This document shows positions 12,355-25,272 of a stretch of 64,000 bases of DNA, piece by piece. Origin of the DNA: Leucoraja ocellata (Eukaryota); assembly GCA_036785375.1 (NCBI GenBank), contig JAWMAR010000038.1, forward strand, positions 3,596,001 through 3,660,000. Direction: 5' to 3'. The position numbers were made by a program, and so were the translations under genes. The notes under the pieces were generated by a model that was not told the DNA's origin, did no database searches, and was given only the letters and a program-made list of their open reading frames with translations. Positions within the stretch are counted from its first letter, which is position 1. The number at the start of each line of letters is the position of its first letter.

Positions 12355-13169
12355 GTACGGGCCGCCGAATGGTGGCCGGACCCGGGTCTATGCCGTTGCT
12401 ACTGATGCACGGGGGGGAGAAGGGTAGGAGCAGGGCCTGGGCAGCAGGGCGCCCAACAGCAGGGCATGCGGTGGCGTGGAGACGCGAATGTTTAATTGTC
12501 ATGTGTACCGGCAACGATGATATCCCTACTCGCTGCACCCTTAACAGGCCTGTAAATACAATAATACCGATTAATGTATGATAATCATAATATAATAATG
12601 AATAACCTCAGTCATAGTGTAAAGTCTACTTCTGTAGTGCAACCAAAGACAAAGTTCACAGGAGATCATAATTGTTGAGGTTAGTTCTGTGCAGTGTTCA
12701 GGAACCTGATGGTTGCTGGGAAGAAGCTGTTCTTGAACCTGGAGATCAGTTTCCAGGCTCCTGTATCTTGTTCCCTGTGGTAGTACCGGGATGAGTGAAT
12801 GGCCTGGGTGTTGTTGGTGTTTAATAATAATGGTTGTCTTTTTAGGGCAGTGCCTCCTGTAGATGCCATGACGGCGGGGAGGTCAGTATCTGTGATGGAC
12901 CGTGCAAGGCACGCAGGACAGGGGTGTGTGTGGGTGTGCGTAAGACTCGCGGGATGAGGGGTGTCTTGGGCTCGTGGGACAGAAGGAGAGGATACAGGGC
13001 CTGTGGGATGGGTGGAGGGGGCTGGACCATTGTAGCCAGTACAGGGGCTTTGCCTGACCTCTAACTGCTTCTGCCCACCATGTTTTGCGTAATGTATTCA
13101 CACAATTTGCGGGTGCATTATTTATCTCAGAAACCACCAAAATGCAGCATGAATCACCAAAGTCTCTGG

Positions 13170-13570
13170 AACTGTTCAGTTTAGAGATACAGTGCAGAAA
13201 CAAGCCCTTCAGCCTACCGATTCTGTGGCAACCAGCGATCCCCACAAACACGAGGGACAATTTGTAATTATACCGTCAATTAACCTACGAACCTGAGGTA
13301 GACACAAAATGCTGGAGTAACTCAGCGGATCAGGCAGCATCTCTGGAGAGAAGGAATGGGTGACGCTACGGGTTGACACCCTTCTTCAGACTGATTCAAA
13401 CCTACAAACCTGTATGTCTTTAGAGTGTGGGAGGAAACTGGAAATCCTGGAGAAAACCCACGCAGGTCAAGGGGAGAACATACAAACTATGTACAGCCAA
13501 GTACCCATAATCAGGATCGAACATGGGTCTCTGGCGCTGTAAGGCATCGACTCATCCGCTGTGCCGCCGT
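13170..13570 (-). mobile_element. tRNA-derived SINE interrupted by a Penelope terminal repeat (~13297-13395)
   Basis: SINE halves flank an agacacaaaatgctggagtaactcagc...cccttcttcagactg insert. Confidence 0.75.
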
Positions 13571-13897
13571 TATACGCTAAAATGCTGAGAACTATATTCT
13601 ACCCTCAGCATCTTCCCCTTTGCTGTACCTATGAACCTATGGTGTGACTTGGTTGTATGTATGTATTGTATGATCTGATTCCATTCCATAACGCACACTA
13701 CCAAAATTTTCACAGTGCCTCAGTAACAATAATAAACCTAAACCGGGTGGTGCATTGTTATTTATTTTAATATATAGTGGTAAAATAAACGTTGAGGAGT
13801 CTAATTGTGGTTGTGAATAGAAACATAGAAAATAGGTGCAGGAGTAGGCCATTCGGCCCTTCGAGCCTGATATGATCATAGCTGATCATCCAACTCA

Positions 13898-14275
13898 CTT
13901 ACAAAATTCTTAAGGGGTTGGACAGGCTAGATGGAGGAAGATTGCTCCCGATGTTGGGGAAGTCCAGGACAAGGGGTCACAGCTTAAGGATAAGGGGGAA
14001 ATCCTTTAAAACCAAGATGAGAAGAACTTTTTTCACACAGAGAGTGGTGAATCTCTGGAACTCTCTGCCACAGAGGGTAGTTGAGGCCAGTTCATTGGCT
14101 ATATTTAAGAGGGAGTTAGATGTGGCCCTTGTGGCTAAGGGGATCAGGGGGTATGGAGAGAAGGCAGGTACGGGATACTGAGTTGGATGATCAGCCATGA
14201 TCATATTGAATGGCGGTGCAGGCTCGAAGGACCGAATGGCCTACTCCTGCACCTAATTTCTATTTTTCTATGTTT
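13898..14275 (+). mobile_element. CR1 3' fragment inserted into an oppositely oriented CR1 tail
   Basis: SRTRGHSLRIRG...FFTQRVVNLWNSLP; aactca on both sides. Confidence 0.82.
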
Positions 14276-14449
14276 AACTCAGTATCCCACCCCTGCCCTC
14301 TCCATACCCCCTGATCCCTTTAGCCACAAGGGCCACATCTAACACCCTCTTAAATATAGCTCGTCATTAACTCGTCATTAAATATAGCTCTTAAAATTCT
14401 CGTCATTTAAATATAGAATGACGAGAATCTTTTCAAATCATCCCATTTC

Positions 14450-14780
14450 CAAATCGTTATACTGGATTTTTTTGCCTCGCCTTTTGCTCATAATTCGCTT
14501 GGGTAGCTTACACCTCAGTGGTTTGAACATGGACTTCTCTAACTTCAAATACCCCTTGCTTTCCCTCTCTCTCTATCCTTTCCCAGTTCTCCCACTAGTC
14601 TTACTGTCTCCGACTACATTCTATCTCTGTCATGCCCATTCCCGTGACATCAGTCTGTAGAAGGGTCTTGACCCAAAACGTCACCCATTCCTTCTCTCCA
14701 GAGATGCTGCCCGTCCCGCTGAGTTACTTCACCATTTTGAGTTTACCTTTGATTTAAACCAGCATCTGCAGTTCTTTCCT
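14450..14780 (+). mobile_element. Penelope 3' fragment with pseudo-LTR
   Basis: LIIRLGSLHLSGLNMDFSNF followed by the terminal repeat. Confidence 0.75.
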
Positions 14781-16709
14781 ACACTTTATGGGATAGATCT
14801 TCTTTATGGAGGGAAAATGTTCTTTCAAACTACCGCTGCCCTTAATTTTCCCACCATACACTTGCTTTATTTTACGTGATCTTTTGTTTTGCCAAAATGA
14901 TTTTATTGCAAAACTAACTACTAGCATCACTGATGTCATAAGAAGGGTCTTGACCTATCACATCACCTATCCATGTTCTCCAGGGATGCTACCTGACCTG
15001 CTAAAGTACTCCAGCAATTTTTGTCCTCTGCCACAGAAGGCTGTGGAGGCCAAGTCAATGGATATTTTGAAGGCAGAGATAGATAGATTATTGACCTGTA
15101 TAGGTGTCAGGGGTTATAGGGAGAAGGCAGGAGAATGGGATTAAGAGGGAAAGATAGATCAGCCACGGTTGAATGGCGGAGTTGGTGATGGGCCGACTGG
15201 CCTAATTCTGCTCCTATCACATGAACTTTTGTGTATTAACCAGCATCTGCAGATCTTTCTACAGTTTGGAATTTGTTATTTACCCTTGAAATAGATGTTA
15301 AGATGTAAGCTGCTCCATTAATTTATTTACATGTTTACAGAAATGGAAATCTATTGCACATGGCAAAATCTGAAACGAACATGCGATAATTTATTATTTT
15401 GAGCCACTTGGTCAATTCCTAATGCAGGATTTGAATACGCAAACTTTTCCAATTAGTGTCTCCAATAGCACAAAATGTCCCTTCAGAATAGCAAATAACT
15501 AAACCATTAAAAATGTTGAGGTGATAAGGCCCTTAATAATGGAAAAATTAAAAATAAATGTTGATGGTATTTATTATAGAACTAAATTCAAATTGTTTTT
15601 CAAAATCCTTTCCCAGTTCTGCTGAAGAATCTCGGACCAGAAACATTAACTATGTTTGTCTTTCCACAGATGCTGCCTGACTTGCTGAGTAATCCCAGCA
15701 TTTTCTGTTATTATTTCAGATTTCCAGCATCTGCAGTCTTTTGATTTTCAAAGCTAATTAATACTTTAGTTACAGTGCACAATGTGATGGTAGTTTTAAT
15801 TCTTAAAATGACAATTACAGTGAACTTTCAAAGTATACTTTAATAATTACAATCTTAACTGCAGTAAGTTGAGTAAATTTGAGCCATACATCCAGGCATC
15901 TAATTCCTCTTGGGGTTGTGATTTGTTAAGCAAAATACTGCACATGCAGAAAAATTGAGATAAATATAAATACTGAACATACTCACGAGATCGGCTACCT
16001 ATGGAGATATACATAGAACAGCACAAGAACAGGCCTTTCGGCCCAAGTTTCTGTGTTGAACAATATGTTAGATAAACTAATCTCAAGACACAAAATGTTG
16101 GAGTAACTCAGCGAGTCGGAGAGCATCTCTGGAGAACATGGATGGGTGACTTTTCGGGTCAGGACCTTTCTTCAGACTTCTCTATAAACTAATCTCAACT
16201 GCCTGCACACTATCCATTATCCGTCCTTTCCCTGCATGTCCATGTGCCTATCTGAAGCCTCTTAAACACCAGTAATACATCTGTCTCTGTCTCCACTGCA
16301 ACAGTGTGCTCCAGGCACCCACTACTCTGTGTAACAAGACTTGCCCCACACATCTCCTTTAAACTTTGCCCCTCTCACCTTAAAGCTATGCCCTGCAGTG
16401 TGACATTTTCATCCTGAGTAAATGGTTCTGACCGTCTATCCTATACACCTTGCTTGTATCAGGTCTCCCTTCAACCTCCGGCACTCCAGAGATGAATCAG
16501 AATTTAAAAATTTTAGCCACTTTCACCAGAATTGCTCTTAGTTATGTGAGAAATTTTAATCAGGAAATGAGCGTTGTAGTTAAAATCAGGAAAGAAGCTG
16601 TTCTTTTGTATACTGCAGTGGTACTATTTGTCAACACATTTAATCGGCCTTGAACCAACCGTTTGCCTTTTTCTCAATAGGCATCTAAAGAGGTTACTTT
16701 TATTTTTAG

Positions 16710-16834
16710 ATGAGGTGGGCTTCAGGAATTTAATAGTGTGGCTTGAAGATCAGAAGATAAGGCATTATAAAATTGAAGAGAGAGGCACCCTCAGAAATGT
16801 GCAGAATAATGAATGGCCCAAACACTATGAAAAG
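16710..16834 (+). CDS. RTRAF: RTRAF exon 2
   Basis: tttttag|(D)EVGFRNLIVWLEDQKIRHYKIEERGTLRNVQNNEWPKHYEK|gtgagc. Confidence 0.96.
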
Positions 16835-18416
16835 GTGAGCATTGCATTGGATAAAGAACTTTTGGTGTTTATTTCTGGTCTGAGATGAATCATTTAAGCT
16901 GTTTACAAATGAATCGTGGGGGGAGGGGGGAGGAGGGGAGATAGAGTGTGAGTGCTCACTTTTCCTTTCCCCTCATTATCTTGTACATCTAATAAAACAC
17001 TTAAACAAAGTTTACTGATAGATTTGTGATTGGAGCCTGACAGCACACTGGGAACCTTCACGTTTGGATATGAATGCAAAGTCCTGAACTTGCTGCGATT
17101 CATGCAGCTTGAGTCCGTGGCTGTGCCTTCAGTCCCTTGGCCCCAAGTTGCAAATGTCCTTTCCTGAACCAATGCTCAGGCACTCTTTGAAAGTAGCTCT
17201 TTGGGTAGCCTTTACTGATATTTTCTATTGCAAATTTGGTTTGCTTGTGCTTCTGTTCAGGTTTACTATTTTACTATTTTATAAGCACTATATAAATAGA
17301 AAGAATTCATGTAATTTTGCCAAAGATTTTACTGATTTTCGGCCAACAACAATACAGGTGACATTGATTGGCGCTGTAAATATTAGTACAAATTTTAATG
17401 ATATGTTTAAATTATGCAAGATTTCCCAGGCTCATTATTTTGTTTTCTTGCATCTCATTACCTCGCAGTCTATGAACAGCAGGTATCTTGTCGCACTGAA
17501 TGGTTACTTACGATCAACGTGTCTCCACAAAATCTTCCAAATCCATTTACAGGATAAATAATCCAACATTGTGCCCTTTCCCAGGCCAAACATTAATGTT
17601 ATAATCATTGCTCATTTGGTTCTGTTGGAAAGGCTGTTTTATTTCCTTTGCCCATCACTTGTCTGGGCACACTATCCTTAATTATCTCAGAGCAAAAGAT
17701 TCAACAATGTTTTTTATAGTTTCTTTGCTAAAATGCATAATCTTCAATGGTCTCTGGCAATCGCCAGAGCATGACAACTCAAAAGTGGAGGCAAAGCATT
17801 CAGTATGGCACGGAGAGGCTTCATTTGGAGCACAGAAATCCAGCTTAAACGCCATGGGTGCACTACCACAAACCACGCACCCACCTGTAGTGTCAGGCAC
17901 TCCTGCCACAGCTCGACAGGAATTCTACCGAACTAGACTGGAGGCAAATCATCTTAGATTTTGATGGGATTTCTAAGAAGAATCTTCTCACAATGCATTA
18001 GAGAGTGAGTGTGTTTATTTGTCATATGTACTGACAACCGTAATTACATTCCTTCTTAACAGGCCTGTAAACACAATACATATGGATGAGATATAATAAA
18101 TAAATAATAAACTGACAACCACAATATAGTGGGGGAAACCCCCAAAGTCCTTGGTGCAACCAATAATATTTTAAATTATGGTTAGATATTTATTATATTT
18201 ACTTATATTTTTGTGTACCAATAAATATACTTGCTGCTGGAATATTCACAGTCCAATGTATTTCATGATGTAGGATTCTCTATCAACCATTATTACCACT
18301 GAAATGCTCTATTGAAAGTTTATATTATAGCCTATTCACCTATTATGTGGAATGTTTTAAATGGTTAATTCTTGAAGCCTGAAATTCTAATGGATTTGTG
18401 ATTTATTTGCCTTCAG

Positions 18417-18516
18417 TACCTCGCAGATGTAAACTGCCCATTCAAGGCTGAAGAAAGACAGGAAAACCTTGACTGGCTTCTGGGCTTGGCAGTGAGACTT
18501 GAATATGCTGATAATG
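18417..18516 (+). CDS. RTRAF: RTRAF exon 3
   Basis: cttcag|YLADVNCPFKAEERQENLDWLLGLAVRLEYADN+G|gtatgt. Confidence 0.96.
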
Positions 18517-18924
18517 GTATGTTCCTTTACAGCACTAGATATAGCCGGGTTATTTATTGCTTGCATTATGAAGCTTTCCATCTTGTGTACCGTTTAACTT
18601 TATGAATTAACCTGCGTTATGCTTGTGCTCTGTGATTTTTTTTTTTAAAAGCAGAATTTTTCACATTCATTAAATGTAACATTGGGATTGGATAAAGCTA
18701 TAAGATGCTTGAATGTTGTCGCCGCATGGGTGGAGGGAATGTTCAGACAACATGTCAAAAGAAAGTCCTGGCACGAAACGTTGCCTGTCTATTCACTCCA
18801 CAAATGCTGCCTGACCTACTGGGTTTCTCCAGCCCTTTGTTTTTTGTTCAAGATTCCAGCTTCTGCAGTTTCTTGTGTCTCCACATGAATGATATTATCA
18901 GCTTTCCTTAAATTTCTTTTTTGG

Positions 18925-19262
18925 TTAGTTTAGAGATACAGCTCAGAACAAGCCCTTCGGCCCACTGGGTCTACGATCCCTACACACTAACACTTTCCTA
19001 CATACACTAGGGATATTTTTTACATTTACCAAGCCAATTTACCTACATACCTGTATGTCTTTGGAGTGCGGGAGGAAACCGAACATCTCGGAGAAAATTC
19101 ACGCAGGTCACGGGGAGAACGTTTAAAATCCGTACAGACAGCACCCGTGGTCAGGATTGAACCTGGGTCTCCGGTGCTGCAAGCGCTGTAAGGCAGCAAC
19201 TCTACTGCTGCACGCGCTGTAAGGCAGCAACTCTACCGCTGCCGCTGCACCACCGTGCTGCC
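18925..19262 (-). mobile_element. tRNA-derived SINE
   Basis: Reverse-complement match to the 47559 copy; internal 23-bp duplication. Confidence 0.82.
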
Positions 19263-21393
19263 CTTGACAACTTTCAAAATATATGATTGTTTGTAATTGG
19301 AATTTAGTGGCCTACTTTTAAAATAGACTATCCCAGCTTTCCTCTTTAATCTATTGAATTTTTAAGGTTAAAATGGGAGCAATAGATTGAAAAAATATTT
19401 TCTCCCTTTCACTCTCATTGTCACGTTTCATCTTTATTTTTTTCAGTCCGAGGATGCGATCCATATTTCAGCTATAATTCTTTTGATTATATGTGTCATC
19501 GGTGTACAGCAGGTTCTCAGAAGGCATTTCTTACTTGTGTCAATGATGCTATCGACAGTTTAATTAAAATGTGCATTCGAATACACATTCTAATCCCCTT
19601 CCACCTATGTTCCTTCATATAGCTTCACAATTCACATTTCTATTCTTATTTAATTTCAGGCCTTTGGCCAAACATCTGCCTATCACACACAACCCCCTCA
19701 CCTGTATCCACCTATTTCTTGCCAGGTTTTGTTCTGCCAACATTCTACTCCCTCTTCCCCCACCCTCTCCCCACCACAATCAGTATGAAGGAGGTTCCCA
19801 ATCCGAAACATCACTTGTCCATGTTCTTCAAAGATGTTGCCTGACCCGCTGAGATACTCTAGCACTTTGTGCCTCATTTTGTAAACCTGCATCTACAGTT
19901 CCTTGCATCTCCATTTACCAGAATGCTGCCTGGATTAGGGAATATTAGCTGTAAGAAGAGTTTGGACAAACTTCGGTTGTTATCTCTGGAGCTTCGGAAG
20001 CCTAGGTGAACCCTGATTGAAATATTAAAATTTCAAGAGGCATAGATAGGGAAGTCAACCTTTTCCCCAGGTGGAGATGCCAGAGACTAGAGAGCATAGT
20101 TTTAAGTTAAAAGGGGGGTCTATTAAAGATGATATGTGAGGCAAGTATTTTTTTCATAGAGGGTTGGTTTCTGGAACATGGTGCCAAGCGGGGTGGTAAA
20201 AGCAGCTATGATAGTGAAAACACACGTGAACATGCAGCGAATGAGGGGATATGGCTCTTGTGCAGGTAGATGGGTTTATCATGGATGGCACAGATGTGGG
20301 CTGAAGGGCAAGTTCCCATGCTGTAAAGTTCTATGTTCTAAGATAGACACAAAATGCTGGAGTAACTCAGCGGGTCAGGCAGCATCTCTGGAGAAAAGGA
20401 ATAGGTGTTTCGGGTCAGAACCCTTCTTCAGACGTGTTCTAAGTGTTCATTTGTTTTTCAGATTTAATTTAAATGTTTTGAAGAGGTAACTAAGTACATT
20501 GAGAGCAATGTAGCTGCATGAATTTTAGCGAGACCCTTGAAAGGTCCAGCATCATAGGCTGGTCCAAAACATGAGAACTCATGGGATCCATGGCAGGCAA
20601 ATAAATTACGTCCAAAATTGGCTTGATTATAGAAGGAAAGAGGGTGATTGTGGAGGGTTGGCCAGTGGAGCACTTCAAGGATTGATACTGGACCCTTGAT
20701 CTTTGTGCAATGTGAATATAACAGATTGATTTGTAAGTCTGCAGATGACAGAATCCTATTATTTCAACTCTTCATCCATTCCCACTCTGGCATTTCCAAA
20801 GTGGAATGTGTTTTCTGGGATGAACGTCTCCCCAGACCAAACGGTTCTAGATGTTTTTAAAAGAAAGTCTCAAAGGGCTGGAGTAAGTGATCGGCAGGCA
20901 ACAGGGATAGGTGTCATTATGGGTTAGAATGCTTCTTCAGGCAGTTGTTCCAGCACTTTGTCTTTTTTTGCAAGCCAGCATCTGCAATTCCATGTGTCTA
21001 GGTCTAGATGTACATTGTGCTTATGACAGAGATGCCAATGAAATAATGTTGCTGGTTTGCAATATACTTTTAGTGAACCTTCCCAATGCCAAGAACTAGG
21101 CACTCATCTCTCAAGAGGCTCTTTACATAATCTTAAATCATGACAATGAATCTGTAACCAAATTCCCAAATCATACTTTGTTCCTCGTGCCTTATCAATC
21201 AATCAATCACAGGTATAACATCAACTCTAGCGATTGTCTAGGCAAGTAGACATTTTACAATTTCAAGCCTGAGAAAATCTCTTCAAAATTTGTATCCTAT
21301 GCCTTCTAGATTCCTCAATCATCAGAAATAATGTTCCTGCAGAGAAATCTGTGAACATTATTAATAGTAATTGATTTTTTGTTGTCTCCACAG

Positions 21394-21474
21394 TGGATAA
21401 ATACAAGAATTGTACAGCAGACAATGTAAAGAATGATGCCACTAAAGGCACAGATCCACTTATCAACTTGGATG
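21394..21474 (+). CDS. RTRAF: RTRAF exon 4
   Basis: ccacag|(V)DKYKNCTADNVKNDATKGTDPLINLD+G|gtaagt. Confidence 0.93.
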
Positions 21475-21836
21475 GTAAGTAAGAGGTATATTGGCCCACT
21501 GTTTTGTCATTAAAGATGTAATGAAAGTAGTTTTACAGATTGTGGATATTGATTGAAAAGTTGTAGATACATATTTCTGTTAATATACTTGAGGTATTGC
21601 TGAACAAATACCACAGCAACTTGTCAACATTCAGAAACTTTAATCTTTAAGTGGTTACTCGCTAGATCATGGATACAATACATGTGTGGTTCAAACTGCC
21701 GTAGGAAGTAGTGGGTGGGAAGTGTAGATTGGAATTTATCATTGGAGTTCTGAGCGTGCATTTTAATGCATCAGCTGGATATGCAAAACATTCGTCCATT
21801 TTGTACTGTCATCTAGGATTGATTAGGAAATTGTTT

Positions 21837-22019
21837 AAGAAGGAACTGCAGATGCTGGAAAATCAAAGGTGCACAAAAATGCTGGAGAAACTCAGCGGGT
21901 GCAGCAGGATCTATGGAGCGAAGGAAATAGGCAACGTTTTGGGCCAAAACGTTGCCTATTTCCTTCGCTCCATAGATGCTGCTGCACCCGCTGAGTTTCT
22001 CCAGCATTTTTGTGTACCT
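21837..22019. mobile_element. Hairpin insertion built from inverted Penelope terminal repeat
   Basis: ~75-bp near-perfect inverted arms; 18-bp direct repeat ttgattaggaaattgttt on both sides. Confidence 0.8.
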
Positions 22020-23537
22020 TTGATTAGGAAATTGTTTTGGTTGCTTACAAACAGCAAAATAACAGTATAAATTACGAGTTGGGCTTTAATCCTACTCCGA
22101 CATATTTAAATCAAGAAATACTTGCACGGCATCAGCGGAAACTGGGTCAGTTCCTGAAAACTTTTAAAACTTTGAATAAAATGTTCATAAAGCTGACAAG
22201 CGTCCTGTGGCTTATTATTAAAAATCAACTTAAAATTATATACCCAACCCTCGTGTTGGAGAACCCACACTGAGCACAACAATGGCATATTGTTACACAA
22301 AGCAGTGAAGTTGGCGTTATAACTGATCTACTAATTATACACTCTGATCCTGACTACAGTCTATAAGCATTGAATTCTCTAATTTTATGTAATAGACCCC
22401 CTTTTCCTCCCCTCCCACCCCGTCCCTTTCCTGTGTCTCCATCCCACCCAGGCGAGCACCCATTTCTCCTGTCTGCGCCCCATCCTTTCTTTGTTCCTTT
22501 CCCCTTCCCTTCCACATCCCCATGGTTTTACATTTAATTTACCCTCCCCCCCCTTATGAGTCCCTTTTGTCTCAGTTTCATCTCTCTTTGCTCGCCCATC
22601 TGCCAACCAAAACCCCCCTTACTTTTAGTTTCGATATACTGTGCAACTCCTCAGCCCAACGAGTCCACGCCGACCAGCTGTCTCTGCATATTAACACTAT
22701 CCTACACACACGAGGGACAATTTTTACATTTACCAAGCCAATTTACCTACATACCTGTACGCCTTTGGAGTGTATCCATCTATCACTCGCCAGGCTCTGT
22801 CCCACCCCCACCTCCCTTCCAGCTTTCTCCCACCCCGAGCTGTTAAGATCAGTGAATGTTATTGTTGTTGTCGGGTATATTACCATTTGGGCTGAGCTTT
22901 CTGAAAGCTTGCAGATATTGGCGTAACATAATGGCATTGCATGAACACCAGAAGATGCCATTATAGCTGACATGCAGGAATAATTGGCTGATGGCATGGA
23001 TTTGCTCAGCAAGGAAAAGTTAAATAGCAAATAATCCAAAAGATTAAAATCAAAGGAAAGATCTGTGATCACACCACTGTAGAATAGTGTTTTAAAAAGT
23101 CCAATATTAATTGTTTAGCAGGTTGAGGCTACTTCCTTTACTGCCATTCAAATTCAAATTCACACATGCACTGACTACACCGCCCAACACGGACTTCCAT
23201 CTGTATATATGTATGTAGCGCCGCAGAATTTGTGCACCTATTCCCCCCCCCCCCCCCATCTCCCTTCTGTTTTTTGTTTTTTCTGTTTCTTGTTTTTTGT
23301 GCTAAATTGTATGTATGCACTGAGTACGAGCAGCTTTCAGTTTCACTGTACATGTATAGTGACAATAAATGGCATATCTCTTATATATCTATATCTCATT
23401 CCAAGAATATCAAAATCTCCTCTATATCATTAGTCGGGCATACTACTGGTTTCATGTTCATATTTATTGAGCTTATGAATTAATAACACATTACAAATGC
23501 TATTGAAATATTTGGTTGATACGACAACTTCAGACAG

Positions 23538-23701
23538 ACACAAAATGCTGGAATAACTCAGTGAGCCAGGCATCATCTCTGGAGAGAAGGAATGGGTGAA
23601 ACATCACCCATTCCTTCTCTCCAGAGATGCTGCCTGACCCGCTGAGTTATTCCAGCATTTTGTGTCTATCTTTGATTTAAACCAGCATCTGCAGTTCATT
23701 C
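23538..23701. mobile_element. Hairpin insertion built from inverted Penelope terminal repeat
   Basis: Inverted arms; 16-bp direct repeat cgacaacttcagacag on both sides. Confidence 0.8.
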
Positions 23702-24257
23702 CGACAACTTCAGACAGTGCTGGTTATTTCTTGAGGTTAATTTCTGCATGTAGTTTCAGTTTGTCCGCAAACTGAAACCGTCCTTGACGTTTTGTTAATA
23801 CTTACAGCACAGCCACAGATTTACTGGATAAAAGTCACTGGTCTCAGTATTCTGTGTTTTCGATTTTTGTATAGGGCTCTGGGGCTTTGAATTTGTATCA
23901 GCTATCTGCTTAATTATAGCACATTGGTTTTCCAGCGTTAGAGTGTGATTTTGCTACGAGGATTGGGAAGCCCAGTACCTTTATTTGAACTGTTCATCAG
24001 TATTCCTATTGCATCACATTTCAGGCCTTTATGTACTGTTTTTACAGAAGCAAATGGCCTCTAGAGGGTGCAGTTTACAGCCTCTGATGCATTCTCCCAC
24101 ACAACCCCAGAGATTGTATTGGGAGTACAAGGAGGGGCAAGATAAATAGTTTTCCCCCCCATTCTTTATACTTGTATTAAGGATCTAAGTGTAGCTTTTT
24201 CAAAGTTGAAGTAAATGGACACTTCTATTCATATATTATCTGGTCCACAACCATTAT

Positions 24258-24545
24258 GGACGGCACAGTGGCACGCTGCCTTGCAGTGCCAGAGGCCCGG
24301 GTTCGATCCTGACTACAGGTGCTGTTTGTACGAAGTTTGTACGTTCTCCCTGTGACCGCGTGAGTTTTCTCCTCGTTCTCTCTTATCCTCCCACACTCCA
24401 AAGATGTGCAGGTTTGTAGGTTAATTGGCTTTGGTAAAAATTGTAAATTGTTCCCAATGTGCTAGTGCATGGGGATCACTGGTTGGTGCGGACCCGGTGG
24501 GTCGAAGGGCCTGTTTCAGCGCTATATCTCTAAACTAAACTAAAC
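24258..24545 (+). mobile_element. tRNA-derived SINE ending ~30 nt before RTRAF exon 5
   Basis: Same family as the 47559 copy. Confidence 0.82.
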
Positions 24546-24573
24546 AAAAATGTCTTGATTACTTTTCATGCAG

Positions 24574-24662
24574 TGAACAACCCCGACTTTAAGGCTGGTG
24601 TGATGGCATTAGCTAACCTCTTGCAAATCCAGCGGCATGACGATTACCTGATAATGTTGAAG
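24574..24662 (+). CDS. RTRAF: RTRAF exon 5
   Basis: atgcag|(V)NNPDFKAGVMALANLLQIQRHDDYLIMLK|gtaagc. Confidence 0.96.
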
Positions 24663-24839
24663 GTAAGCCAAACTAGCTTCACCACTGAGCTGTAAACATC
24701 CCATCCACTTGTGTAAGATCATTCCCTCTACACTACATTGCTGATGAAAAGTTTTCATGGTTACTAAATTAAAGCATATTCAAACACTTTATAATGAGTC
24801 TGGATTCATCTGGATTTCGTAAACAAATGTAAAATACAA

Positions 24840-25272
24840 CCCTGTAATAAAGATGTAACTCCTGTCCCTATACCGCATCCCTCATCTCCATCCAGTACCC
24901 CAGCAGTCCTTCCAGGTGAGACTGAGGTTCACCTACTCTAACCCCATCTACTACATCCTCATCTACTATCGCTGTTCTCGATGTGGCCTCCTTTACATCG
25001 GCGAGACCAAGCGTAGACTGGCATTGTTTTACTGTACACGCGCTCGGTCCAGCAAGGCCTGCTGGATCTCCTGGTTGCTGACCATTTTCATTCCTCTTCC
25101 TATTCCCATACTGTCATTTCTGCCCTGGGTCTCCTCCATTGCCAGAGTGAGACCACATACAAACTGGAAGAACAGTATCTCTTATTCAGCTTGGGTAGCT
25201 TACAACCCAATGGTATAAATATTGAAATCTTCAATTTTAAGTAACTAACCAACAACATTCCTTTTCACCCCC
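24840..25272 (+). mobile_element. Penelope GIY-YIG fragment in RTRAF intron 5
   Basis: LIYYRCSRCGLLYIGETKRRL; flanked by a ~140-bp direct repeat. Confidence 0.8.

Larger units (their letters stand above)
11820..12490 (+). promoter_or_regulatory. CpG-island promoter of RTRAF with GC boxes and CRE sites
   Basis: CpG-dense. GGGCGG boxes near 11825-11880. TGACGTCA at 12032, 12145 and 12173. Confidence 0.75.

Noticed and set aside
12002-12581. 178-aa minus-strand ORF and 101-aa extension of RTRAF exon 1
   Set aside because: Stop-poor CpG island and tandem repeat; the real exon ends at the 12355 donor
24740-24830. TGATGA as box C of an intronic snoRNA
   Set aside because: No matching box D or terminal stem, and the motif is mutated in the duplicate copy
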